NCBI GenBank assembly: GCA_042584405.1
Contig: JBHOSR010000002.1
Coordinates: forward strand, 3,417-67,416
DNA: 64,000 bases
Direction of reading: 5' to 3'
Origin: Bacteroidota bacterium
GTDB lineage: Bacteria > Bacteroidota > Bacteroidia > Bacteroidales > UBA12077
Part shown: positions 49,117 through 59,174 of the stretch, piece by piece
Layout: each line of letters starts with the position of its first letter
Numbering within the stretch: the stretch's first letter is position 1
Notes under the pieces: model-generated
Seen by the model: only the letters and a program-made list of their open reading frames with translations
What the model was told of the DNA's origin: nothing
Databases searched by the model: none
Translations under genes and position numbers: made by a program

Positions 49117-49173
49117 GTTCTGCAATAATTCATTAAATTGCCTGTATAATTCATCACCTTGTTAAACTTTATC

Positions 49174-49953
49174 ATGTGTATTAAACGATATATAATTCTA
49201 TATGTAGTTATTATATTCATGCTATGTTCTTGTCAGTACGAGAATGCGCAAGAACTATACGATACTGCTCCAATCATAGAACCTCCCGACACTACTCAAA
49301 CCGATACTACACACATCGATACTACACCGGTTAAACAATTACTGGTCGATTTACCCTTTAACGGAACAATTGAAGATATAAGCGATAATGAAATTCCTGT
49401 AGTAACACATGGTGGTGTTGTATTAACAAGCGATCGGTTTTGGAACGATAACCATGCATTATTTCTTAATGGCGAAAATCAGTTTATCGAACTTAATTTA
49501 GAGGATCAGGATTCGGTTTCTGTTGCATTTTGGTTTAATTGCAGCTCAGGTATAAGCTGTTTTTCATCTTTGTTCGATTACGGGAAAAATGCTATAAAAA
49601 CGAATATCGATGGATATTCAGGACCTACATCGTTTTACATTACAAGCTTTTATAATAATTTGGATGAACTACATGCCGATTTTTACTTTCAGTACTTCAT
49701 GTGGTATCATATCTATGTTTCGGCGTGCAGTAAACCAGTTATTTATGTAAATGGTGAAAATGCAGGTGAGATTCATAAAAACATCATCTTAAATTTAACA
49801 AACAACAGTTTAGTATTTGGTAAATCTGTGATGAACGATACCGGAGATGAAAAACATTTTTATGGCGTTATTGATGATATAAAAATATTTAATTATGCTC
49901 TAAGCGATCAGGAGATTAAAGATTTATATAATAAAAATGTAGTAAAGAAATAA
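49174..49953 (+). CDS. LamG (concanavalin-A-like) domain lipoprotein
   Basis: Lipobox FMLCSC after the internal ATG. LamG motifs (ALFLNGENQFIEL, SVAFWF, IDDIKIFNYALSDQEI). Confidence 0.7.
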   Translation: MCIKRYIILYVVIIFMLCSCQYENAQELYDTAPIIEPPDTTQTDTTHIDTTPVKQLLVDLPFNGTIEDISDNEIPVVTHGGVVLTSDRFWNDNHALFLNGENQFIELNLEDQDSVSVAFWFNCSSGISCFSSLFDYGKNAIKTNIDGYSGPTSFYITSFYNNLDELHADFYFQYFMWYHIYVSACSKPVIYVNGENAGEIHKNIILNLTNNSLVFGKSVMNDTGDEKHFYGVIDDIKIFNYALSDQEIKDLYNKNVVKK

Positions 49954-49954
49954 G

Positions 49955-50866
49955 ATGAAAACATATCGGAGTTTAATAATAACGGTTTTGTTCATTAACT
50001 GGATTTCTATCTTTAGCTACAGCCAGGTAGACGATTGGGATAGTATGCTGGATAATGAACTTTCAAAGCAAAATGTATTTACAACTGCTACCTTTAAGTC
50101 ATCCAGAATTTTAAACGGGCAATCTGTTGAGTGTTTGCCAAAAGGAGGACTTGATATACGTGTAGCACATCGTTTTGCTGAATTTAATACAACCGAAAAC
50201 AATTTCTTGGGATTTGATGAGGCAAGTACATATTTTGGTTTGTATTATGGTATTTTAAACCAGCTAAATGTAGGTTTAGCAAGAGCAACATATAACCACA
50301 CAAATTATGGATTTATAAAATATGCTGTAATCAGGCAGTCTGGTGGAGAAAAAAATATCCCGTTTACATTACTAGTGAACACGTCGGTTTCGTATACATC
50401 TAAAGAATATTCAGATGTAAAAAGAGATGAGGATTTTCATTTACGATTTGATTATACATTTCAGCTTCTTATAGGGCGAAAATTTACAGATCGGATTTCA
50501 TTTCAGGTTACACCAACCTTAGTACATCGAAATTTAGTAGAAACCAAAGAAGAGAATAACAATTTATTTTCAATCGGTTTGGGAGGTAGGTTTTTAATCA
50601 CAAAACGAGTAGCATTTAATGCTGAATATTACTGGAACTTGAATAATACTGGAAGGTATGGTTTCGAGTTTTATGATCCTATGGCAGTGGGTTTCGATAT
50701 TCAGATCGGCAGTCATGTTTTTCAGTTAATGCTTACAAATGTTGCTGCTATGACCGAGAATAAATTTATCGGGGAAACTACCTCAGACTTTTTTAATGGC
50801 GATATTCGTTTTGGATTCAACATTTCGCAGGTATTTTCATTAAATCGAAAAAAGGAAAAACAGTAA
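49955..50866 (+). CDS. DUF5777-family beta-barrel protein
   Basis: RILNGQSVECLPKGGLDIRVAHRFAEF...FGLYYGI..LNVGLARAT...GFIKYAVIRQ matches the family signature as I recall it. Confidence 0.6.
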   Translation: MKTYRSLIITVLFINWISIFSYSQVDDWDSMLDNELSKQNVFTTATFKSSRILNGQSVECLPKGGLDIRVAHRFAEFNTTENNFLGFDEASTYFGLYYGILNQLNVGLARATYNHTNYGFIKYAVIRQSGGEKNIPFTLLVNTSVSYTSKEYSDVKRDEDFHLRFDYTFQLLIGRKFTDRISFQVTPTLVHRNLVETKEENNNLFSIGLGGRFLITKRVAFNAEYYWNLNNTGRYGFEFYDPMAVGFDIQIGSHVFQLMLTNVAAMTENKFIGETTSDFFNGDIRFGFNISQVFSLNRKKEKQ

Positions 50867-51421
50867 ATGAATAAATTTTATTTGATCATAGTTTTTATGC
50901 TTTTTCAAATCCCAGCAATTAGTCAAAATGTATATTTTACGCGCACTGGGCAAATCTACTTTTTATCACACACCGAAGCCATCGATATTGATGCTAACAA
51001 CCATCAGGCGGCTAGTTTTCTCGATATTGTAACAGGAAAAATGCAGTTTGCAGTATTAATTAAAAGTTTCGAATTTACATTAGCAACGGCTAAGGAGCAT
51101 TTTAACGAAAGCTATATGGAGTCAGACAAATATCCTAAGGCTGAATTTAAAGGAGAAATACAAAATATCGATAATTTTAATTTAAATAACCAGGGGGCGT
51201 ATCAGGTTAAAGTAAAAGGTGAAATAGTTATTCGTGAAATTAAAAAGAATATTGAAGTTGATGCTGAAATTATAGTTAGCGATAAGGTTATTACTGCAAA
51301 ATCAGAGTTTTATTTAGCCATATCTGATTTTAATATAAAAGTTCCTAAATTGCTTGATCACAGGGTTGCTAAACAAATATTAGTGAAGGTAAATATAAAT
51401 TACGTTCTATATCAAAACTGA
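50867..51421 (+). CDS. YceI-like lipid/polyisoprenoid-binding protein
   Basis: Signal peptide. FNESYMESDKYPKAEFKGEI and the beta-barrel periodicity typical of YceI. Confidence 0.75.
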   Translation: MNKFYLIIVFMLFQIPAISQNVYFTRTGQIYFLSHTEAIDIDANNHQAASFLDIVTGKMQFAVLIKSFEFTLATAKEHFNESYMESDKYPKAEFKGEIQNIDNFNLNNQGAYQVKVKGEIVIREIKKNIEVDAEIIVSDKVITAKSEFYLAISDFNIKVPKLLDHRVAKQILVKVNINYVLYQN

Positions 51422-51427
51422 TTGTTT

Positions 51428-51853
51428 ATGACATCAAGAAAAATAATAATATTAATCGTTTCAGCTTTTATTGTGTTGATTTTATTTGGTTTAATGGTTC
51501 AAGACATTATTAAACCTGTAAAAGATTTAGTTTCTATTAATCCTGATATTGAAATTACAGTCAGTCAGTTTTTTCAAGAGTTTTCGGATAACGAATCATT
51601 GGCAAATGCTAAGTATATTGATAAAATTGTTGAAGTATCAGGAAAAATCAAGGAGGTAAATACATTAGATAATCACCTTACCTTAATTTTAAGTACAGAC
51701 GATCCTTTTTCAGGAATCAGTTGTTCCTTAGCTAATGATGGTGATATACAAATGGATTCTCTATACAAAAACAAATTAGTAATAGTAAGAGGGGAGTGTT
51801 CTGGCAAATTAATCGATGTGATTTTAATTAATTGTATAATTGTAGAAAAATAA
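51428..51853 (+). CDS. membrane-anchored OB-fold protein (tRNA_anti-like family)
   Basis: N-terminal TM helix, then ITVSQFFQEFSDNESLANAKYIDKIVEVSGKIKEV...ISCSL. Confidence 0.5.
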   Translation: MTSRKIIILIVSAFIVLILFGLMVQDIIKPVKDLVSINPDIEITVSQFFQEFSDNESLANAKYIDKIVEVSGKIKEVNTLDNHLTLILSTDDPFSGISCSLANDGDIQMDSLYKNKLVIVRGECSGKLIDVILINCIIVEK

Positions 51854-51884
51854 AAGCAGTAAAATATTTACTGCTTTTATTTTA
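51853..51884. terminator. bidirectional terminator between convergent operons
   Basis: agcagtaaa / tttactgct 9-bp stem flanked by A-run and T-run. Confidence 0.65.
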
Positions 51885-51899
51885 TTATTATTTGTAAAA

Positions 51900-53540
51900 T
51901 TATTCTTCGTTTACAATTTCCCACAAGTTCAAATAACTAAGTTTTATAATATCAACCATTTTACCCCAATTTACATCATACGTTTGATCTTTTGGTGTGT
52001 GAAAAGTTGTTGGAAATCCCGCCATAAAGTACATAACTGGTACATTTTTTGCCGCGAATGAAGCGTGATCGCTACCACCACGTGGTTTTTCAGACGGCTT
52101 GTATGTTATATCTAAATTCAGATTGTAATCAGCAATATTCTTTTCCGTTATATCTTCTAGTTCTGTATATGTTGATGTATATACCATCCTAGCTTGGTTT
52201 TTTAAGGTGTCTTTTTCTGAATCTTTACTTATCATATCGAAGTTTAAATAAAACTTAATATTTTCAATCGAACCTCCATACGGATGATCAGCAAAATATT
52301 CAGATCCAAATAATCCAATTTCTTCTCCCGTCCATGCAGCAAAAACAATTGTTTTTTTCGGTTTTATTCCAGAAGTAGCAAATGCTTTTGCTAACATCCA
52401 AACTCCTACGGTACCAGATGCATTATCGTCTGCACCATTCCAAACAAAACCATCTATTGCTCCCAAATGATCATAATGGCCACCAATAATTACAATATCA
52501 TTCTTGTTTTCACCCTCAATTACTCCAAGTACATTTCGGGCCTGTATTATATCAGTTTTAACATTATATGTAATATTTATTTTAGTTCCTTTCAAAATTT
52601 TAGATTGTGGTTTTAAATTACTTGCAATTTGTTTCTCAATATATTCTACGTTAATATTCTGATTTTCCAATAGTTTATTTACTAGTTTTTTTGTGGGATA
52701 AATTTGCAAAAGCGCATCTTTAATCGTGTCTGTTGGTAATTCAAGGTTATGCTCGTAAATTGGACTTCTTGGATTTTCATTAACTGATATTTTCTCAAAT
52801 TCATTTTTATTAGCCCAATATTTACTATAGTCTTCATTACTGATTTCTATAACAGCTGCAGCACCTTTTTTTAGTGCGGTTTTATTTTTATCTCTACGCA
52901 TGTAATATTCAAAATACCTTTCTTCCTTATGGAATTTCTGATACCCTACTGAGGTTGTATCCAGATGACCAGGATATCCGCTTAACCTTACAATTATTTT
53001 ATCTTTAACATCAATTCCTTTAAAATCGTCGTAACCAGAGGCCTCATCTACAAAGCCATAACCAACAAATACTAAAGAAGACGTAATTTTAATATTCATG
53101 GGATAGTCATATACTGAAAAATCCGTTTGTTCATTAAAAGAAATCTCTTTTGATGTATTTTCAAAAAGAATTGATAACTGAGTAGCACTTTCCAGGTATC
53201 TGGTCAGATAAATATTTTGAAAGTAGGAAGTGTATTTTTCAGATCTAATACCACTCCAGCGCTGTTCCCTTGAAGGCCTTGTCCATTCTTCATCTCCAGC
53301 ACCTTCAATACCCATAAATTGTAACATGCTAGCTAAATAATCAGCAGCTAAAAATTCGCCCTTTTCTCCTGTTCCTCGTCCTTCCATCCAATCCGATGAA
53401 AGAAATTCTAACTGAGCCTGAACAGATTCTTTAGTAATGGCATCTAAACCTTTCTGAAGAGGTTCTTCTTGTGCGTTTATTGAGCTCGAAAATAATAAAG
53501 AAAGTAAAATAATTGATAAGAAAGCAGACGGATTTTTCAT
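51900..53540 (-). CDS. M28-family aminopeptidase with PA domain
   Basis: Signal peptide. GGHYDHLG, DDNASGTVGV, GEEIGLFGSEYF metal-ligand motifs. Confidence 0.8.
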   Translation of the reverse strand: MKNPSAFLSIILLSLLFSSSINAQEEPLQKGLDAITKESVQAQLEFLSSDWMEGRGTGEKGEFLAADYLASMLQFMGIEGAGDEEWTRPSREQRWSGIRSEKYTSYFQNIYLTRYLESATQLSILFENTSKEISFNEQTDFSVYDYPMNIKITSSLVFVGYGFVDEASGYDDFKGIDVKDKIIVRLSGYPGHLDTTSVGYQKFHKEERYFEYYMRRDKNKTALKKGAAAVIEISNEDYSKYWANKNEFEKISVNENPRSPIYEHNLELPTDTIKDALLQIYPTKKLVNKLLENQNINVEYIEKQIASNLKPQSKILKGTKINITYNVKTDIIQARNVLGVIEGENKNDIVIIGGHYDHLGAIDGFVWNGADDNASGTVGVWMLAKAFATSGIKPKKTIVFAAWTGEEIGLFGSEYFADHPYGGSIENIKFYLNFDMISKDSEKDTLKNQARMVYTSTYTELEDITEKNIADYNLNLDITYKPSEKPRGGSDHASFAAKNVPVMYFMAGFPTTFHTPKDQTYDVNWGKMVDIIKLSYLNLWEIVNEE

Positions 53541-53806
53541 AATTTTATAATTTAAGTTACCGCTTTTTGACTTTTTAACTTAAAAATAGTTTAATAAGAT
53601 GATTAATTGTACTTTTTCGTTAACAACTAAATTTTTAGAACATAAAACCGGTAGATGTGTTTATAATAAAATTACATCTAGACTGTTTAAAACATGCCCT
53701 TAATAAATTTGGATTATTTTTTTGGAGATCGTAATTTTAAAGAATTATGGTTTTTCGTAAAATAAAAAATATAAATACTTTGCCTCAACAATTTTTATAC
53801 TAATTT

Positions 53807-54883
53807 ATGAAATATTTAAATACAGTAATTACTGGAACAGGTTGTTATATCCCTGAACAAAGAATTGAAAATCAAGATTATTTCAAGAGTACTTTTTTTG
53901 AAAAGGATCAAACATTAATTGAAGGAACGGGTGAAGAAATAGTAGGCAAATTCAAAGATATAACCGGAATTTCGGAGAGACGTTGGGTTAGACAAGATCA
54001 AATGGCATCGGAAATTGCCACATTTGCAGCTGAAAATGCAATCGCTTCAGCCAATATCGACAAGGAAACTATCGATCATATTATAGTTGCCACAAATTTT
54101 GGTGATATCATTAAAGGAACAATTCAAACTGACTTTTTACCCAGCATTTCAGCACGTGTTAAAAGTAAACTGGGAATCGAAAATCCTGGTTGTGTAGCTT
54201 ATGACCTCATTTTTGGTTGCCCAGGTTGGGTGCAAGGAATTATACAGGCTGATTCATTTATAAAAACAGGTTTAGCTAATCGTTGCCTGGTAATAGGAGC
54301 AGAAACTCTTTCAAGAGTAGTTGATTTGTACGATAGAGACACTATGATCTTTTCCGATGGTGCAGGTGCAGCCATAGTCGAAGGGCTTAGCTCAAACGAG
54401 AAATCAGGAGTACTTTCATCAGCAACCGTAACTCACACTAAAGACGAGGCATTTTATCTTTATCTGGGTAAGTCGAACAAACCTAATAGTGATCCAAATG
54501 TGCGTTACATTAAAATGCATGGACGTAAAATATACGAATATTCTATTTCTCAAGTGCCCAAAGCTATTAAGTTAGCAATGGACAAATCTGGATTGCCTAT
54601 TGAAGATGTAAAAAAGGTATTGCTTCACCAGGCCAATGAAAAAATGGATGAAGCCATTGTACAACGTTTCTTTAAGCAATATGGTATTTCTGCTGAGATT
54701 GAAGAAGTTATGCCTATGAATATTCACGAATTGGGCAACAGTTCAGTGGCAACAGTTCCTACACTTTACGATATGATTTTAAAGGGTAAACTCAAAAATC
54801 ATAAAATCAATGAGGGTGATATACTTATTTTTGCTTCGGTAGGAGCAGGCATGAGCATTAATGCCATTGTATACAGACAGTAA
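53807..54883 (+). CDS. 3-oxoacyl-ACP synthase III (KAS III/FabH-like)
   Basis: Cys (FGCPGWVQG), His (LHQAN) and Asn (GNSSVATVP) catalytic positions are present. 358 aa. Confidence 0.8.
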   Translation: MKYLNTVITGTGCYIPEQRIENQDYFKSTFFEKDQTLIEGTGEEIVGKFKDITGISERRWVRQDQMASEIATFAAENAIASANIDKETIDHIIVATNFGDIIKGTIQTDFLPSISARVKSKLGIENPGCVAYDLIFGCPGWVQGIIQADSFIKTGLANRCLVIGAETLSRVVDLYDRDTMIFSDGAGAAIVEGLSSNEKSGVLSSATVTHTKDEAFYLYLGKSNKPNSDPNVRYIKMHGRKIYEYSISQVPKAIKLAMDKSGLPIEDVKKVLLHQANEKMDEAIVQRFFKQYGISAEIEEVMPMNIHELGNSSVATVPTLYDMILKGKLKNHKINEGDILIFASVGAGMSINAIVYRQ

Positions 54884-54892
54884 AAGAAAGAA

Positions 54893-55858
54893 TTAAAAAG
54901 TAATATCCTTTTCATGCCAAACCAATGCAGCAGCACCTAAAATGGCTGCATCGTTTTCAGATAAAGCCGAAGGTTTTAGTTCTATTTTATTTTTGTAGAT
55001 ATTTAATAAATATTCATTCATATATTTCTTTACGGGTTTAAAAATTAAATCACCTGCATTTGCTAATCCCCCAAAAAGAAATATTACTTCAGGACTTGTA
55101 ATTGAAACTGCATTTGCTAACATAATCCCTAGTACATAACCTGTATAATCAAAAGCTTTTTTAGCAATTGGGTCTCTTTCTAAAGCAGCTTTGTAAATCA
55201 TTTCACTCGAAATATCTTCGAAAGGCACTTTTCGCATCATGCTCGGTTCATCCAATTCAGCAAGTAATTCTTTCACGGTTCTAACAATCCCAGATGCTGA
55301 AGCATAAGTTTCCAAACAGCCTTTACGACCACAATTACATAAACGTCCGTTAGGATCAAAAATGGCATGACCCAACTCACCTGCAAAACCATCGTGTCCT
55401 AATATCATTTTACCATTGGACACAAATCCACTACCTAAACCAGTTCCTAATGTGACCATCAGAAAATCTTTAAGGTCTTTTGCATTCCCATATATCATTT
55501 CACCCATGGCAGCAGCATTGGCATCGTTAGTTAATTTAACAGGTAAATCTATTTTTTTCTGTAGTATTTCTGCTAAGGGGACAATCCCTTTCCAGTTAAG
55601 ATTTGGGGCATGCTCGATGGTTCCATTGTAATAATTGCCATTAGGCGCTCCAATTCCAACTCCCATAAGTTGAAAATCCGCACTTAAACCTGCTAAGGAA
55701 TGATTTATCCTTTCCGACAGATAGTCGACAAAATCATTAACTTCTATAAATTCTTTTATGGGAAATGACTCCTTTAATTTAACTACTCCGTTTTCTGTTA
55801 CAACTCCATAGGATATATTTGTCCCACCAATATCAATACCAATAGCTAATTTTTGCAT
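54893..55858 (-). CDS. ROK-family sugar kinase (glucokinase-like)
   Basis: IGIDIGGTN, the ROK signature GFAGELGH and the Zn motif CNCGRKGCLE. Confidence 0.85.
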   Translation of the reverse strand: MQKLAIGIDIGGTNISYGVVTENGVVKLKESFPIKEFIEVNDFVDYLSERINHSLAGLSADFQLMGVGIGAPNGNYYNGTIEHAPNLNWKGIVPLAEILQKKIDLPVKLTNDANAAAMGEMIYGNAKDLKDFLMVTLGTGLGSGFVSNGKMILGHDGFAGELGHAIFDPNGRLCNCGRKGCLETYASASGIVRTVKELLAELDEPSMMRKVPFEDISSEMIYKAALERDPIAKKAFDYTGYVLGIMLANAVSITSPEVIFLFGGLANAGDLIFKPVKKYMNEYLLNIYKNKIELKPSALSENDAAILGAAALVWHEKDITF

Positions 55859-55998
55859 AATATTTAATTATTTAAGATAAAGTAAAATAATAAATTGATA
55901 ACTAGATTCACAAACTTTCGCTCCAATTATTTTTGGCAGTATATTTGAATATATTTTAGATATTAATTTCTCATTAAAATTATAAAAATATCTAAAAT

Positions 55999-56820
55999 AT
56001 GAAAAGGATTTATTTACTTGGAGTTATATTATTATTCTTAATTGTATCGAAACCGTTTGCGATTGCCCAAAAAAAAGTTAAGGAAATAGAAATAAATGAG
56101 GTGCAAGGCATTGCAATAGGCAGCGATATTGAAACCATAGACCAGATAACACAACGTGCAATTAATGAGGCAAAAGTAGAGGCCTTGAAGCAAGCTGGAG
56201 TTGCAGAAAACATCGCTTCGTTTAGCGATTTTTTTCAAACTGAGGATGATGAAAAATACGAAGAATTATTTACTTCTGATATTCTTTCTGATATTCGCGG
56301 TTCGGTAAAAAATATAGAAGTCTTAGACACTAAAAAGTCTTTTGATCAATCGGACAGGTTACAAGTAGAGGTTGTAATTAATTGTACGGTTGTAAAATAC
56401 TTAACCGAAAAAGATATTGCTTTTGATGCGTGGATTGATGGTGTTGGCATGTTTTATCAAAATGAAGAGGACTTACTTTTTAAGGTAAAGCCTTCTAAAG
56501 ATGCTTATTTAAAAATTTTTATTTTTGGTGAAACTGATGCTTTTCAACTTTTCCCAAATGATGAAGAAGATTCATATCTATTAAAAGCCAATAGCCAATA
56601 TAACTTTCCCTCTGAGTTTACAGAATATGAATTGTATACTGATAAAAAATCAGAAATTCATAGAATGGTTGTGGTGCTTATGAAAGAAGACATTCCATAT
56701 ACTAATGATGTTGAGTACAAAAAAATAATTGACTGGATATTTTCTATTCCTCCCGACATGCGTGTAATAAAATCATTTGGATTTAGTATTGTAAACGAGG
56801 ATAAAATGAAGGAAGAATAA
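55999..56820 (+). CDS. DUF4384-domain secreted protein
   Basis: Signal peptide. C-terminal DAYLKIFIFGETDAFQLFPND motif. Confidence 0.5.
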   Translation: MKRIYLLGVILLFLIVSKPFAIAQKKVKEIEINEVQGIAIGSDIETIDQITQRAINEAKVEALKQAGVAENIASFSDFFQTEDDEKYEELFTSDILSDIRGSVKNIEVLDTKKSFDQSDRLQVEVVINCTVVKYLTEKDIAFDAWIDGVGMFYQNEEDLLFKVKPSKDAYLKIFIFGETDAFQLFPNDEEDSYLLKANSQYNFPSEFTEYELYTDKKSEIHRMVVVLMKEDIPYTNDVEYKKIIDWIFSIPPDMRVIKSFGFSIVNEDKMKEE

Positions 56821-56832
56821 TTCAAATAATCA

Positions 56833-56910
56833 GTCATTCCAGCTGAAGTGTCGGAATCCAAAATATCGTAAAAGAGATTCCTGATCTTTGTTTCACTTGT
56901 CAGGAATAAC
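56833..56910. repeat. composite palindromic repeat, copy 1 (GTCATTCC..GGAATC - 17 nt - GATTCC..GGAATAAC)
   Basis: Unit A 56833-56858 and inverted unit B 56876-56910 (8-bp stem attcctga/tcaggaat). Located between convergent gene ends. Confidence 0.6.
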
Positions 56911-56919
56911 AAAAAGAGA

Positions 56920-57561
56920 CTATTTCTTCCGAATCAATGTCAATCCATCCCTTAAAGGCAAAATTACTTTTTCAACCCGATCGTCGTTTCTCACCAATTC
57001 ATTAAATTCGAAAATTCCTTTGGTGTATTCATCATCTGGTGATTCTAATTCTAGAACTTTACCACTCCATAATACGTTGTCGGCTAAAATAAAACCACCG
57101 GATTTAACATAATCGAAAACAATTCTATAATAGTCTATATATTCCCTCTTATTAGCATCGATAAATACTAAATCAAACTGTTCGTTAATTTCAGGTATAA
57201 TTTTCCTGGCATCACCAAAATAAAGTTTTACCTTTTCTTGTAGATTTGCTTTTTGCAGATATTTTAAAATAATATCTTCCAATTCATCATTTATCTCAAT
57301 AGAATGGAGAATGCCATTTGCTTTTAATCCTTTAGCTAAGCAAATTGTAGAATATCCTGTGTAAGTTCCCAGTTCAAGTATTTTCTCTGGATTGATCATT
57401 TTACTAATCATCTCAAGAATTTTCCCTTGCAAATGACCCGAAAGCATGCGAGGGCGAAGAATATTTAGATTCGTTTCACGGTTTAATTCAGCCAGAACAG
57501 GATCTTCTTTATCAGAATGATCTAAAATATACTCTTCAATATTGAAAAAAAAATCGGACAT
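56920..57561 (-). CDS. class I SAM-dependent O-methyltransferase (family 3, caffeoyl-CoA OMT-like)
   Basis: ILELGTYTGYSTI SAM motif, FDLVFIDANK. 213 aa. Confidence 0.85.
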   Translation of the reverse strand: MSDFFFNIEEYILDHSDKEDPVLAELNRETNLNILRPRMLSGHLQGKILEMISKMINPEKILELGTYTGYSTICLAKGLKANGILHSIEINDELEDIILKYLQKANLQEKVKLYFGDARKIIPEINEQFDLVFIDANKREYIDYYRIVFDYVKSGGFILADNVLWSGKVLELESPDDEYTKGIFEFNELVRNDDRVEKVILPLRDGLTLIRKK

Positions 57562-57573
57562 GTTTTGTTTGTT

Positions 57574-57640
57574 GTCATTCCCGCGTAGGCGGGAATCTTG
57601 TTATACGGATTATAGATTCCGGCTCTACGGCCGGAATGAC
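57574..57640. repeat. composite palindromic repeat, copy 2 (GTCATTCC..GGAATC - 17 nt - GATTCC..GGAATGAC)
   Basis: Unit C 57574-57597 (attcccgc-gtag-gcgggaat) and inverted unit D 57615-57640 (attccggc-tctacg-gccggaat). Confidence 0.65.
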
Positions 57641-57648
57641 ATTAATAT

Positions 57649-58869
57649 TTATTGATAAACCAACATCGACATTTTATCAAAATCCAAAACTTCATATGCT
57701 ATTTCCTGAATGTCTTCAACTGATATGTCTTCAATTTTTTCTTTTATTCGCTCTAAATCATCAACTTTATTAAAAAGCATAAAGCTTTTTCCCATAGCAA
57801 GCATCATATTAGCATTGTTTTCTGAACTAATAGCAATTTGCCCAAACAACTGTCGTTTAGCTTTTTTTAGCTGAACAATCCCTAGTTTTTTGGTTCTTAA
57901 TGATTCAAATTCTTTTTTAATAAGCTTTACACACTTATCGAAGTTTTCTTTGTCAGTTCCAAAGTAAATTGAAAATACTCCAATATCAGAATATGGAGAA
58001 TAATTTGATTCTACATGATAAGCATAACCATGTTTTTCGCGCAGTAATAAGCTTAAACGAGAATTTAGACCTGGGCCACCAAGCATATTATCAAGCAATG
58101 TCATAGCAACTTTTCGATCGTCATGAGAATTGTAAGCAACGTTACCAATAATGCAATGCGTTTGGTGCGTTTTCTTTTTAATAGTTTTTATCTCAGGTAT
58201 ATAGTTCTCAATTCGTGTTCTGACTTTAATTCTTGGATTAGACTTAATCTGACCGAAATACTTGTCTGAAAACTTTTTAAACTTTGTAAAAGATATATCA
58301 CCTACAGAGCAAAGGACCATTTCATCAGTATGATAATTTTTTGAAATAAACGATTCAATATCTTTTTTAGTAAATCGACGTAAATCTTTCGGATTGCCTA
58401 ATATGTTTTTACCTAATGGCTGATTTTTAAAAATCAGTTCTTCAAAATCATCAAAAATAAGTTCAGCAGGATCATCTTTATAAGAGTTAATTTCTTCAAT
58501 AATTACTTCCTTTTCGCGAGTAATTTCTTTACCAGGAAAGATCGAATTAAATGTAATATCCGAAATAAGCTCCATGGCGCGTTCATAGTCATTTTTAAGA
58601 AATGAAGTATGAATAGTAGTTTCTTCTTTAGTGGTGTAAGCATTTATTTCGCCACCAACATCATCCAGGCGACTTAAAATATGATAAGCTTTACGTTTTT
58701 TGGTTCCTTTAAAAATAGCGTGCTCAATAAAATGTGCCATGCCATGCTCATGCTCTTCTTCATCACGCGAACCAGCATTAATGATTAACCCACAATGCCC
58801 AACAGCCGATTTTAAAGGTAAATGAATGATTCTTATTCCGTTCTCCAGTGTATAACTCTCGTAATCCAT
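57649..58869 (-). CDS. M16 (pitrilysin/insulinase) family peptidase
   Basis: Inverted zinc motif HFIEH plus the downstream E. The start at the internal Met (MDYESYTL) is preferred, but the ORF extends to 58911. Confidence 0.85.
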   Translation of the reverse strand: MDYESYTLENGIRIIHLPLKSAVGHCGLIINAGSRDEEEHEHGMAHFIEHAIFKGTKKRKAYHILSRLDDVGGEINAYTTKEETTIHTSFLKNDYERAMELISDITFNSIFPGKEITREKEVIIEEINSYKDDPAELIFDDFEELIFKNQPLGKNILGNPKDLRRFTKKDIESFISKNYHTDEMVLCSVGDISFTKFKKFSDKYFGQIKSNPRIKVRTRIENYIPEIKTIKKKTHQTHCIIGNVAYNSHDDRKVAMTLLDNMLGGPGLNSRLSLLLREKHGYAYHVESNYSPYSDIGVFSIYFGTDKENFDKCVKLIKKEFESLRTKKLGIVQLKKAKRQLFGQIAISSENNANMMLAMGKSFMLFNKVDDLERIKEKIEDISVEDIQEIAYEVLDFDKMSMLVYQ

Positions 58870-58976
58870 CTCAATAATTGTATCTGCTGCAAAATTATAA
58901 AAAACTAACAATCAAAACGCTAAAAAGCTTAAAGTTTTAGTAGAAATAAGATTTTTTAAAAATTGAGAAAAAATAT

Positions 58977-59006
58977 TTTGTAAAAGGATTTTTTCAGTTA
59001 TATTTG
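58977..59006 (+). promoter_or_regulatory. Bacteroidota-type promoter of tRNA-Phe
   Basis: TTTG (58977-80), 18 nt, then TATATTTG (58999-59006). Same architecture as the tRNA-Gly promoter. Confidence 0.5.
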
Positions 59007-59025
59007 CACCGCCAACGAGCAAAAA

Positions 59026-59098
<73 letters not shown>

Positions 59099-59100
59099 CA

Positions 59101-59128
59101 ACCCTGACGATACTGTCAGGGTTTTTTT
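59101..59128 (+). terminator. intrinsic terminator after tRNA-Phe
   Basis: ccctgac / gtcaggg stem, 6-nt loop, T7 run. Confidence 0.8.
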
Positions 59129-59146
59129 ATCCCAGCTAGCCCAGTA

Positions 59147-59174
59147 AGCGCGGATATCTTATCGGTGCTTTATT
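59147..59174 (+). repeat. 28-nt GC-rich repeat, copy 1 (imperfect hairpin)
   Basis: agcgcggatatcttatcggtgctttatt is 26/28 identical to 63578-63605. Confidence 0.55.

Noticed and set aside
53599-53703. 34-codon Cys-containing small ORF in the M28/KAS III spacer
   Set aside because: No ribosome-binding or promoter context or conservation can be assessed, and the composition is typical of AT-rich spacer. The support is insufficient.
53807-54883. Stand-alone KAS III as marker of a specialised lipid or polyketide cluster
   Set aside because: It has no neighbouring ACP, ketoreductase, dehydratase or other biosynthetic genes. It is flanked by a peptidase and a ROK kinase on the opposite strand.
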